From positions 1-56,815 of IMG/VR virus record IMGVR_UViG_3300031952_000019: a stretch of 56,815 nt of DNA; one strand, given 5' to 3'. Below are positions 18,038 to 27,354 of the stretch, piece by piece. Source of the stretch: a virus (lineage: Duplodnaviria > Caudoviricetes). The translations under genes were made by a program, and so were the position numbers. The notes beneath the pieces are model-generated. The model was given only the letters and a program-made list of their open reading frames with translations, was not told where the DNA came from and searched no databases. Within the stretch, counting starts at the first letter, position 1, and every line of letters starts with the position of its first letter.

Positions 18038-18505
18038 ATGATTATGACTAATGCGTATTTATACAGAATGCCTGCTGGAATCGCGGGAGATGTTACTCGG
18101 AAAGAAGTAGCTAAGATAGAAGCCGAAATAATTGATGCAAACACATTAACACCTACTGTATTTGGAATTCCGGTGAAAATGGTTTCTGGTAAAATTGAAC
18201 GTCTTAATGGTGGTGGAGATACTATCTATGGCTTCTTGGTTCGTCCTTACCCAACTTCAGCGGCTACAAGCGAAGCTTTGGCAGTGGGAACGCCGTCTTT
18301 GGTTAATGCAGCTAATATTTTAAGAAGCGGTTATATGACCGTTAAAGTTACTGCTGGGGTAGCGGTGAAGAATGCAAATGTTCTTTTCAATGCTACTACT
18401 GGATTAGTTGAAGCTGGTGCTTCTGGTGGAACTTCAATTTCAAATGCTTTCTTTATGGGAGCTGCGGATGCTGATGGTAATGTAGAAATTGTTTACAATA
18501 TCTAA
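18038..18505 (+). CDS. capsid cement/decoration protein
   Basis: YRMPAGIAGDVTR...GFLVRPYP...GYMTV...DADGNVEI; directly before the capsid gene. Confidence 0.8.
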   Translation: MIMTNAYLYRMPAGIAGDVTRKEVAKIEAEIIDANTLTPTVFGIPVKMVSGKIERLNGGGDTIYGFLVRPYPTSAATSEALAVGTPSLVNAANILRSGYMTVKVTAGVAVKNANVLFNATTGLVEAGASGGTSISNAFFMGAADADGNVEIVYNI

Positions 18506-18535
18506 TGAGATTAAATTTTAATTTAGGAGGAAAAA

Positions 18536-19534
18536 ATGATTACATACGATAAAATGACAATTGATAGCACAGGTGCTTTTCTGATTTCTGAATTGGAAAG
18601 GCTTGATCAGACTCTACATGAGCCTCTTGTATCGGTAACTTGGGGTAGAGATATTGATCTTCGTGAAGACGTGAGCATTGCCGATGAAGCCTCTAGCTTC
18701 ACCAATTCAGCATTTGCGTCTGCTGGTGGATTTACTTCTACCGGTAAAAACTTTATTGGTAAAAATTCTAACTCTATTCCGGGAGTTGGATTGGACATTG
18801 GAAAGACAACCTCTCCCTTGTTTCTCTGGGGTTCTGAAGTTGCTTATACAATCCCAGAACTGATGTCTGCACAGCAGTTGGGTCGTCCGGTTGATACCCA
18901 GAAATATGCAGCAATGCAGATTAAGTATCAGATGGACATTGATGAAATGGTATACATTGGTGATAGCAGTCTTACTCAGTATGGTTTGGTTAATTCAACT
19001 GCCGTAACCACTGGTTTTGTAGCGACAAAGGCCTCTGGATATACTCAGTGGGTTCCGTCTGCATTGAATGCATATACTGCAGCAACTCCTGATGAAATTC
19101 TCAATGATGTTAATTCTCTTATTGAGACTGGTTGGAGCAATGCAGCATTTGTAGTTTGCCCAAGCAAGCTTCTTTTGCCCCCTGCAGAATTTGCCTACAT
19201 TGTCAGTCAGAAAGTTTCTACAGCTGGTAATGTTTCCATCCTTTCTTTCCTTGAAGATAATTGTATTTCTTTGAAAGTAAATGGAAAGAAACTTGATATT
19301 CAGCCTCTGAAGTGGTTGACAGGTCGCGGAGTCGCAGCAGGGTCTCCTTCCGCAGCAACAAACCGTATGGCAGTTTATACCCAGGATAAGAATCGTGTTA
19401 GATACCCATTAGTTCCTTTACAGAGAACCCCCTTGGAGTATCGTAGTATTTATCATATCACAACTTATTTTGGTCGTTTAGGTTGTACGGAAGTAGTCTA
19501 TCCCGAAACAATTCTTTATCGGGATGGGATTTAG
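18536..19534 (+). CDS. major capsid protein (DUF2184 family)
   Basis: GAFLISELERLD..L.EPL...TWGRDI.LR; ends YPETILYRDGI. Confidence 0.92.
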   Translation: MITYDKMTIDSTGAFLISELERLDQTLHEPLVSVTWGRDIDLREDVSIADEASSFTNSAFASAGGFTSTGKNFIGKNSNSIPGVGLDIGKTTSPLFLWGSEVAYTIPELMSAQQLGRPVDTQKYAAMQIKYQMDIDEMVYIGDSSLTQYGLVNSTAVTTGFVATKASGYTQWVPSALNAYTAATPDEILNDVNSLIETGWSNAAFVVCPSKLLLPPAEFAYIVSQKVSTAGNVSILSFLEDNCISLKVNGKKLDIQPLKWLTGRGVAAGSPSAATNRMAVYTQDKNRVRYPLVPLQRTPLEYRSIYHITTYFGRLGCTEVVYPETILYRDGI

Positions 19535-19558
19535 TTTGTAAACAAAAAGGAGAAACTT

Positions 19559-19948
19559 ATGATTAAGATTCAGTTGAAGAGACCTATCGAATTGCCAGTC
19601 GGAGACAGATGTATTTTAAGGCCAGGAATTCATAGTATTCCAGACGACGTCTTTTCTCATTGGTTTATTCAAGGAATGGTCATAGCTGGCGATGTTGTTG
19701 TTCTTGACGTTGCCAGTGTACCACCTCCCTTGATACCAAAGCCAAAGATAGAGGCTAAAGTGAGAGAGTCTGGTAGTTTTGTTAAAGTTGGAGTAGAAAA
19801 GGTTGTCGTAGAAGAAATTAAATCAGCAACTCCAATAGTAGTTCCAACGATATTGGTAGAACCTGCAATTTCTATTAAAGAAAATATAGTGGAAACTAAG
19901 GTTGAAGAAAAATCTAAAACAGTAATAAATAAAAGAAGGAAATTATGA
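19559..19948 (+). CDS. hypothetical virion protein
   Basis: GIH.IPDDVFSHWF motif; directly after the capsid gene. Confidence 0.6.
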   Translation: MIKIQLKRPIELPVGDRCILRPGIHSIPDDVFSHWFIQGMVIAGDVVVLDVASVPPPLIPKPKIEAKVRESGSFVKVGVEKVVVEEIKSATPIVVPTILVEPAISIKENIVETKVEEKSKTVINKRRKL

Positions 19949-20343
19949 GCTTTACTGTTGAACAATTTAGACTAGACTTTTCGGAGTTCTCTGCTATAAA
20001 TCCACAGGTGTATTCTAATGGATTAATTAACTTTTGGGCAGGAATAGGAGATTTAAGACTTAATATAGATAGATGGGGTGATCTTAGAGATCATGGCTTG
20101 GAGTTATTTGTAGCCCATCATATCTCAATTTCTGTAGCAGATAAAAATGTAGCAGCTCTAGGAGGTATTACTGGGCAAGCTTCGAGTCTAAAGAGTAGTA
20201 AGTCAGTTGGAGATGTTAGTGTTAGTTATGATAATAATGCCATGATTGAAACTGATGGGGGAAACTATAATCTGACAACATATGGAAGAGAGTTTTTAAG
20301 GTTAGCAAGAATAGTAGGTATGGGTGGAGCACAGATAATATGA
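19945..20343 (+). CDS. head-tail adaptor (DUF4054-like)
   Basis: FR.DF.EF, LFVAH, SSKSVGDVSVSYD, TTYGREF. Confidence 0.85.
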   Translation: MSFTVEQFRLDFSEFSAINPQVYSNGLINFWAGIGDLRLNIDRWGDLRDHGLELFVAHHISISVADKNVAALGGITGQASSLKSSKSVGDVSVSYDNNAMIETDGGNYNLTTYGREFLRLARIVGMGGAQII

Positions 20344-20996
20344 TTAAGGGCAAAGTCTCTTTAAAAACTAAGGTGAATAATACTCTTGCTTTAATTAAAT
20401 CAATTAAGAGTATTTCAGGTATGGAAGTTCTTGTTGGTATTCCCGAAGATAGTTCTAAAAGAGAAGAAGGAATGGTTACAAATGCTCAACTAATCATGTA
20501 TCACACAAAGGGGGTTCAGTCTAAAAAATCATCTCAAGGGATAGAAGGTAATGAAGATACTAGTACTCAGTATGGAGTTGCCCAATCAGTGTATATTACC
20601 GCAAAAGGATCTCCTTTGTGGAAACTCCCACCGCGACCAATTATTGAACCGGCATTAGAAGCTCAGGGAAATAGAGAGCGGATACAAGAAGATTTAAAAC
20701 TTGCTGCAAAAGAAATGCTTGATGGTAAATCAACTGAGGCCATTAATGCATTACATGTTGCCGGAATTGATGCAGTAAATATGATTAAGGATTGGTTTAT
20801 CGATCCTAGGAATAATTGGCCGCTTGCAACAGATGCAACAGTTCAGGCTAGTATAAATAGGAAGTACAAAAGTAAAAGAAAAAGAGCTGCAAAGATGGAC
20901 GCTTATAAAGCAGGGAAAGAGGGTTCCAAGCAGTTGCTTGTTGACACTGGACAAATGAGAAATGCTATTACTTATATTGTGGATGTAGTTAAATGA
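20340..20996 (+). CDS. neck / tail completion protein
   Basis: VLVGIPE...NAQL, PPRP..EP, L.DTGQMRNAITY. Confidence 0.8.
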   Translation: MIKGKVSLKTKVNNTLALIKSIKSISGMEVLVGIPEDSSKREEGMVTNAQLIMYHTKGVQSKKSSQGIEGNEDTSTQYGVAQSVYITAKGSPLWKLPPRPIIEPALEAQGNRERIQEDLKLAAKEMLDGKSTEAINALHVAGIDAVNMIKDWFIDPRNNWPLATDATVQASINRKYKSKRKRAAKMDAYKAGKEGSKQLLVDTGQMRNAITYIVDVVK

Positions 20997-21355
20997 TTAA
21001 TCTGGCAGATATAGTTAATGATCCGGATTTAGCACAGCAGTTTGTTGTCTACAGATCAACAGGCAGTTTTGTTAAGGGGAGATGGGTAGAGAGTGCATCT
21101 GAACAGATTACTATGTTTGGAGTTATTTCAGTGATGAGTCAAAAGGAATTAAGTTTTATACCAGAGGGGGACAGAGCTTCAGGAGCTATGGTTTTTCATA
21201 CAAACAAAGAATTGTTTGTAACTAGGGCGGGAACAGAGCCTGGAACTTCTGACAAGATATTATGGAGAGGGGAATTTTATAAGTTGTTTAATGTATTCCC
21301 ATATTCAGATTATGGTTACTATAAAGCAGTTGGCGAAAGAATGAAGGGTAATTAA
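20993..21355 (+). CDS. head closure protein
   Basis: EL..IPEGDR, SDKILWRG..Y, YSDYGYY; synteny. Confidence 0.75.
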   Translation: MINLADIVNDPDLAQQFVVYRSTGSFVKGRWVESASEQITMFGVISVMSQKELSFIPEGDRASGAMVFHTNKELFVTRAGTEPGTSDKILWRGEFYKLFNVFPYSDYGYYKAVGERMKGN

Positions 21356-21356
21356 A

Positions 21357-21923
21357 GTGGTAGATATTAATTTGACATTACAAGAATTTGAAAATCTTAT
21401 GCAGGAAATAATTGCAACTATTACGGGATTAGATGCAAATTCCAATGTCAGAGTTTCTTGGCCTTCCGGTGGTGCTCCTGCAATTGGTATTGAAGATAAT
21501 ATTGTTTTTATACAATGTTATGAAGTAGATAGTCCCATAAATAGAGAGAGGGAACAAATTTTTACGGAGGTAATGTCTCCTTCAGAGTTTAACATGGCCA
21601 CAAGTTATACGAGAGTAATGCAAGTAGGTCTTATTTTGTATGGGGACAATTCATTTGAAAATGCTCAGGCAATTAGGGACAATATGTTTTACCCAGAAAT
21701 TAGATTGTTGATGTCAAGGAATAATCTTTATTTGGTGCATGATATACCTGCTCCAAGAAGAGTTCCAGAGTTATTCAATGATCAATGGTGGAAACGAGTT
21801 GATATGACAATTCGTTTTAATGAGTTGGTAGTCCGGAATGTGTCTGTTCCGATAATAGAGAGCATGGAAGTTATTGTTAGAAATTCTGATGGTAACGAAA
21901 TTGCCGACATAAATATTCAATAG
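21357..21923 (+). CDS. tail terminator / neck protein
   Basis: PRRVPELFNDQWWKRVD; directly before the sheath gene. Confidence 0.7.
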   Translation: MVDINLTLQEFENLMQEIIATITGLDANSNVRVSWPSGGAPAIGIEDNIVFIQCYEVDSPINREREQIFTEVMSPSEFNMATSYTRVMQVGLILYGDNSFENAQAIRDNMFYPEIRLLMSRNNLYLVHDIPAPRRVPELFNDQWWKRVDMTIRFNELVVRNVSVPIIESMEVIVRNSDGNEIADINIQ

Positions 21924-21934
21924 CGAGGTGGAAA

Positions 21935-23071
21935 ATGACAACTTTAAATTTAGATTCAATAGTGGATGTGGTAGTGCTAGTTTCTCCTGCATCTGCTCCT
22001 CGAGCTACCTTTAATCAATTATTGATTTTAGGTATTAAGGGGATTTCAATTTCAAATCCGATAACTAGTTCGGAAAGAGTCCGTCAGTATGTACAAGTAT
22101 CAGACATGTTGCTTGATGGATTTGCCACTACGGATGAAGAGTATAAAGCGGCTTCTTTGTATTTTGCCCAAACACCTGCTCCTTCGATTGTTTGGATTGG
22201 GGTACAAGACACAACTATGAGTCCTCCAGAAGATGTATTAACAGCTTTAATGGAATGTAGAGCGATTAATGCCGATTGGTATCAGTGTTATTCAACTGTA
22301 GTTACCACTTCTGAAATTCCTGCCATTGCTCTTTGGACGGAAACAACTCTACCTTCAACAGTGTTCTTGTACAATTCTTCTGATTCTGACATTCTTGTGG
22401 CAGGGGTTATTCCAGATGATGTTGCAACTATCTTAAAGAATTTTAGTTATAAAAAGACAATGGGTCAGTATAGTGTGACTCCTCATATTATTGCAGGAGC
22501 AATTGGAGTTGCAAATGGCTTGACTACAGGCCTCGCAAATAGTGCTTATACTATGTTTGGCAAAAAAATAGTGGGAGTGTCAACAGAGAATTTATCATAC
22601 AATGCAAAACAGATTGTAGAATCTAAAAATTGTAATTTGTATTTATCATATGCAAATTATTATACCATTTTTGAACCAGGCATAATGGCAAACGGATATT
22701 TTTATGATCAAATTCTCAATAGAGATATTCTTGTAAATGATATTCAGTTGTCATGTATGGATTTGTTATTTCAAAATCCTAAGATTCCGCAGACTGAATC
22801 CGGTATGACAATGATTTATAATGCTTTATCCCAGGCTTGTCAATTGGCAGTTATCAGGGGTCATTTAGGGCCGGGAACATACACTGGCATTCCATTTTTG
22901 AATTTAAATACTGGGGATGCAATGCCTCAAGGATATGTTATTCAAAGTTTGCCACTATCACAGCAATCAAATTTAGATAGGGCATTAAGAAAAGCAACTC
23001 CTTTTTATGTTACAATAAAAGAGGCAGGGGCAGTTCATAGTATGACTATAGAAGTAATAGTAAACGTATAA
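21935..23071 (+). CDS. tail sheath protein (DUF3383), short form
   Basis: EYKAASLYFAQTPAP, KIPQTESG, DRALRKA, AGAVH; 378 aa. Confidence 0.9.
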   Translation: MTTLNLDSIVDVVVLVSPASAPRATFNQLLILGIKGISISNPITSSERVRQYVQVSDMLLDGFATTDEEYKAASLYFAQTPAPSIVWIGVQDTTMSPPEDVLTALMECRAINADWYQCYSTVVTTSEIPAIALWTETTLPSTVFLYNSSDSDILVAGVIPDDVATILKNFSYKKTMGQYSVTPHIIAGAIGVANGLTTGLANSAYTMFGKKIVGVSTENLSYNAKQIVESKNCNLYLSYANYYTIFEPGIMANGYFYDQILNRDILVNDIQLSCMDLLFQNPKIPQTESGMTMIYNALSQACQLAVIRGHLGPGTYTGIPFLNLNTGDAMPQGYVIQSLPLSQQSNLDRALRKATPFYVTIKEAGAVHSMTIEVIVNV

Positions 23072-23081
23072 AGGAGGAATT

Positions 23082-23522
23082 ATGTCACAAACAACTTATT
23101 CATTTTTAGATAGTGTGCTTATCTTAGCGCATCCTGCGGAGGCGACTCCATTTGTTTTCGTTGGAGAAGGTACGGGAAGTATTACAGTATCAATGTCGGA
23201 AACACGAACTATACATGATATTGCAGCTGATGGCTCAGTAATGGTAACAAAAGTGGCGGGAAATAACGGGCAAATTAGTATTGATGTTCAACAGACTTCA
23301 AATGCTCATAGATCTATGTTAGCATTTTTTAACAGGCTTATTCAAGCTCCACCTGATCAATGGGCGCAAGCAACTTTAGCAGTTAGAAATATAACGGATC
23401 ACTCAGGACATTTATGTACGGGAATATCTCCTCAGAAAGTTCCTGATAAGGTTTATAAGAAAGAAGGTGGGCATGTTACTTGGGTATTGTTGGCTGCTGA
23501 TATACAGAGTTCAACATTTTAA
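23082..23522 (+). CDS. tail tube protein (DUF3277-like)
   Basis: TYSFLD, AADGSVM, VQQTS; directly after the sheath gene. Confidence 0.85.
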   Translation: MSQTTYSFLDSVLILAHPAEATPFVFVGEGTGSITVSMSETRTIHDIAADGSVMVTKVAGNNGQISIDVQQTSNAHRSMLAFFNRLIQAPPDQWAQATLAVRNITDHSGHLCTGISPQKVPDKVYKKEGGHVTWVLLAADIQSSTF

Positions 23523-23554
23523 TTAATTTGACATAACTAAAAAGGAGAAAAGAA

Positions 23555-23944
23555 ATGTCAGAAAGAACAAAAACAGTTGAACTACAAGGACGACGTTGGC
23601 AATTGGCCAAAATCAATGCCCTTGATGGTTCAGATATAATAAGAAAACTTTTGAGTAGTGGAGAAAAACAACCCCAAGAATGGCTGGCTAAAATGTCGGA
23701 CGATCAATTTAAGAATATCCAAAAAATTCTTTTAGACAACGTATCAGAAATACAAATTATAGGGGAAAAAGAAGTTATGTTACCTATAATTTTGCCAAGT
23801 GGAGTTATGAGTGGAGCAATAGCAGAAGATGCAGGATTGGTTTTCATGTTAACTATTGTAGCCCTCATGTTTAATGTATCTGGTTTTTTCGGCGGGAACG
23901 CATTGAAGGACTTTCAAACAGTGGTAGAGAATTTCAATGTGTAG
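23555..23944 (+). CDS. tail assembly chaperone (gpG-like)
   Basis: Lies between the tube and tape-measure genes; slippery T TTT TTC at 23884-23890. Confidence 0.8.
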   Translation: MSERTKTVELQGRRWQLAKINALDGSDIIRKLLSSGEKQPQEWLAKMSDDQFKNIQKILLDNVSEIQIIGEKEVMLPIILPSGVMSGAIAEDAGLVFMLTIVALMFNVSGFFGGNALKDFQTVVENFNV

Positions 23945-24114
23945 AACCTGCAAATTATGATGCGTTTGCTTATTTTCCAGTTTCAGCCGGGTATTGGAAA
24001 CAGCATGAACTTTGGGATGGTACTTACACAGTAGATGATTTATTGGACATACACGAAATGATAGTAGTAAAAGCAGAAAATGAAAGAAGATATTCCGAGA
24101 TGGGGAATAAGTAA
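23884..24114 (+). CDS. -1 frameshift extension of the tail chaperone (gpGT-like)
   Basis: The -1 frame is open from the heptamer to TAA 24112-24114, which overlaps the tape-measure ATG: ...ELWDGTYTVDDLLDIHEMIVVKAENERR. Confidence 0.8.
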   Translation, partial: FFRRERIEGLSNSGREFQCVEPANYDAFAYFPVSAGYWKQHELWDGTYTVDDLLDIHEMIVVKAENERRYSEMGNK

Positions 24115-25787
24115 TGGGAGCAATTAATACGGACCAGATAAAAAGTTACTTAGTTGGACTTGGTTTTGAAGTTGATGACACAGCTCTTGCGAAGTTTAAT
24201 TCTGCCATTGGGAAAGCTACAGGAACAGTTGAAAAACATACCTCATTGATGTCTAATGCTTGGGTTAAAGCTGGGGGAGCAGTAACCGCCGCGACTCTTT
24301 CTATTATTGGATCAACAGGAATTCTTCTTCAGAGCTTGGCTAAAGCTGACTTGGGGTATGATCTGTATGCCATGAAAATGTTTATGGCAAGAGATGCTGC
24401 AAAGCAATTTAAAATTGTAACTGACGCAATGGGTCACTCTTTAAATGAGATTGCTTGGAACCCCGAGTTGAACAGGCAGTATAGAGACTTGATGGAAACA
24501 GCATCAAGAATTAAAATGCCAGAAGATTATGGCAAGCAGATGCATACTATACGAGAGCTAGGACATGAGTTTACAAGATTTAAAATTGAAGCTTCTTATG
24601 CAGTGGAAATGGTTGGTTATGAAATAGCCAAGGGACTTAATCTTGCTGGGGCTACCAAGAACTTTAAAGAATTTAATGTCATGTTAATGGAGAAGATGCC
24701 TATATGGGCAAAGAAAGTAGCTGACGTAATTGTTCCTATTATAAATGTGGTAAAGAATTTCGGAAAAGCTTTGTGGGAAGTTGGTGGTTATCTAAAAGAT
24801 TTTTGGGATACTTTATCGGATCCTGCAAAGATAGCGGTATTTGGAACAGCCCTTACAACATTGTTTGTTGTAGGTGGTCCTGTTACTAAGGCTATTATTG
24901 GTATTGGCTTGCTTGTTGCTGGAATAGCAAAGATGTATGAATATCTTAACACTCCAGGGGAGTCTTGGCCAGCCTTAGAATCTTTATTAGCTATTATAAA
25001 AACAATAGAGTTGGCGATAAGAACAACCTTTGGATTATTAATGTCGACTTTCATGTTAGCTTCAAGTGGTGGCACTCGTCTTAACGAAGTTATTAAAATG
25101 TGGGAAGAAGAACGAGTTATACAAAAAGAAAAAGTAGGAAGCGTTGGTGGGAATATTAGTAATATTGTAAGTGGGACTAGAGGGAAGAAGGATAAGTTAA
25201 CACCTGAAGAGTTAAAGCAGTCAAATGAAGAAATAAGAAAAGTTTCAAGAGGTAACAAGGACATGGAAGCTTTGATGCTTTCCGTTCGACAAATGGAAGG
25301 GGCTACTCCTCGGTCTAAGGGCGGTTCAGGGGAACTTGGCATTTGGCAGTTTATGAAAAAAACAGGTATTGAGTATGGTTTAGAGTCTGATGAAGACAGA
25401 AAAGACATTCCAAAAAGTACAGAAGCTGCATCAAAATTCTTGGCTAAATTAATGAATAAGCATGGTGGGGATGTTAATAAAGTTTTAAGAGAATATAATG
25501 GTGGAAATATTTATGGAGAAAAATCAGAAAAGAATTTAGCGATTAATACAAATTATGGTGAAAAAGGTACAGAATTATTTAAACAGTATAGAAACGTGCC
25601 TCCCTCAGCTACTGGAGGAACAACCAATAATAAAGCAGAAGTTAATATTAACGTTACGGCAAATACAGAGAAGGAAGGACAGATTGCAGGGAAAGCAGCA
25701 GCTAAGTCCTTCCTTGAAGAGACGGGAAAAAATAAAAGTTCGAATTTCTGGGGAACTGTAGCCACAGCACCGGGAGTAAATTCATGA
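24114..25787 (+). CDS. tape measure protein with C-terminal SLT lytic transglycosylase domain
   Basis: YLVGLGFEVD start; QMEG...GIWQFM..T..EYG...YNGG. Confidence 0.85.
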   Translation: MGAINTDQIKSYLVGLGFEVDDTALAKFNSAIGKATGTVEKHTSLMSNAWVKAGGAVTAATLSIIGSTGILLQSLAKADLGYDLYAMKMFMARDAAKQFKIVTDAMGHSLNEIAWNPELNRQYRDLMETASRIKMPEDYGKQMHTIRELGHEFTRFKIEASYAVEMVGYEIAKGLNLAGATKNFKEFNVMLMEKMPIWAKKVADVIVPIINVVKNFGKALWEVGGYLKDFWDTLSDPAKIAVFGTALTTLFVVGGPVTKAIIGIGLLVAGIAKMYEYLNTPGESWPALESLLAIIKTIELAIRTTFGLLMSTFMLASSGGTRLNEVIKMWEEERVIQKEKVGSVGGNISNIVSGTRGKKDKLTPEELKQSNEEIRKVSRGNKDMEALMLSVRQMEGATPRSKGGSGELGIWQFMKKTGIEYGLESDEDRKDIPKSTEAASKFLAKLMNKHGGDVNKVLREYNGGNIYGEKSEKNLAINTNYGEKGTELFKQYRNVPPSATGGTTNNKAEVNINVTANTEKEGQIAGKAAAKSFLEETGKNKSSNFWGTVATAPGVNS

Positions 25788-26620
25788 ACCCTTTGTTAGA
25801 TTTAACTAATACTCAATATGCAGTTTGGAGAGTTATTGCATTGGGAAATGCAACTAATCCTCAGTTGTTAGAAACAAGTCAGAGTAACACTCAATATAAA
25901 AAGTGGCTCTCTGAAGCAGAGAAAGAAGCCAAGGATAACATGATTCCTCCTAGCACAAAAGCATACAGACCTGTGCAGTGGAGTAATGAAGATGACAAAG
26001 AAATGTTTTATATAACAGATAATCAAGGAATAGATTATTTCTTTGATGCCGTGTTTAAAACTGATATGGTAAAAGATAGGAGAATCACCCAACACCCTGT
26101 ACAGACAGGAGCAAATATATCTGACCACTCTTATCAAGTTCCCACTAAGTTGATGATGGAAATTGGGGTATCAGATATTATGGATAGTTATGCAGACAAT
26201 CAATGGGAGGGTGATAGTAGATCAGTTAGTGCGTATCAGAAATTAGTTGATTTGCAAAAACTAGGACAACCTTTATCTGTATCTACCCGATTGGATGATT
26301 TTGAGAATATGGTAATTGTTAGTATTAGTGTGAAGGAAGATGTAAAGACACGTTATGCGTTAAGAGCAGAGATAACCCTTCAAGAAATTATAACCGCAAC
26401 AGTGGTAAAGAAGAAGATTAGTGTCGCTTCTAAAATAACAGATAAAACAGGAAAAGGGGAGAATCCAACAATAGCAAAAGCCGTGGTACAAGGAACAAAT
26501 GGTGTTAAAGCTCCAGAGGCTGTAAAAGCTATGGCGATTCCTCCAGGAAGTAGCACGTTACAGAATGCAGTAACATCTTTTAAGGAACGGCTTTCTAATA
26601 TTAATCCTTTTGGGTTGTAG
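25784..26620 (+). CDS. Dit-like baseplate / tube initiator protein
   Basis: ITQHPVQTGANISDHSY..P, AYQKLV.LQ, FENMVI. Confidence 0.8.
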   Translation: MNPLLDLTNTQYAVWRVIALGNATNPQLLETSQSNTQYKKWLSEAEKEAKDNMIPPSTKAYRPVQWSNEDDKEMFYITDNQGIDYFFDAVFKTDMVKDRRITQHPVQTGANISDHSYQVPTKLMMEIGVSDIMDSYADNQWEGDSRSVSAYQKLVDLQKLGQPLSVSTRLDDFENMVIVSISVKEDVKTRYALRAEITLQEIITATVVKKKISVASKITDKTGKGENPTIAKAVVQGTNGVKAPEAVKAMAIPPGSSTLQNAVTSFKERLSNINPFGL

Positions 26621-26631
26621 TGAGATAAAAT

Positions 26632-27354
26632 ATGGCAGATAGATATTGGATATGTAAGACTACAGGGAATTGGAGCGATACAGCTAATTGGTCAGATACT
26701 TATGATGGGTCGACCGGAAAGTCTGTTCCTACGATTGGAGACATGGCTTATTTTATTTTACAAGGGCATGATTTAGGTGAGGATTACCCTGTTTGTATTT
26801 TTGATATAGATGCTGCTTGTGATGGTTTGGGAAATGCCTACAGTGAAGGGAGTACACCAATTACAGTTTATTTTAATGGAAGGACAACGAGTTTTGAAAT
26901 TGCCGGAATAGATTTATCTTCAGAAGTTATTCAGTTGTTAGATATATCGGATAGTACAATAATAGTATCTAGCTGGAGATTATCTGATACTATAGATAAA
27001 GTTACAACGGGGTCTACCATTGAGTTAAAAGCTAAAGTAGATTTAATCGAAGCGAAGTACAATGCTTACATGGAAGATCAAGGAGAAGGAAGTATTTATA
27101 ATAATTTGCGGCTTAATTATAATAATATAGATGGGGCGATTATAGCTATTTCACAACGGTATTATGATGTTGCTTTCAACACGATCAGTGTAGTTCCCAA
27201 TAGTGATATTAGTGTATTTTTTTACACAGGAAATTATACTCTTGTTCCAGATTTAATTTTACATTGTGTCAGTTGGGAAGTAACTGGGTCAATAGGAAAT
27301 AATTTTCATATAACGGTTGAATCTATAGATTATTTTAGGGGCGGTGGTACGTAA
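26632..27354 (+). CDS. virion beta-rich protein, N-terminus paralogous to the next gene
   Basis: MADRYW...NWSDTANWS...G.SVP. Confidence 0.65.
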   Translation: MADRYWICKTTGNWSDTANWSDTYDGSTGKSVPTIGDMAYFILQGHDLGEDYPVCIFDIDAACDGLGNAYSEGSTPITVYFNGRTTSFEIAGIDLSSEVIQLLDISDSTIIVSSWRLSDTIDKVTTGSTIELKAKVDLIEAKYNAYMEDQGEGSIYNNLRLNYNNIDGAIIAISQRYYDVAFNTISVVPNSDISVFFYTGNYTLVPDLILHCVSWEVTGSIGNNFHITVESIDYFRGGGT

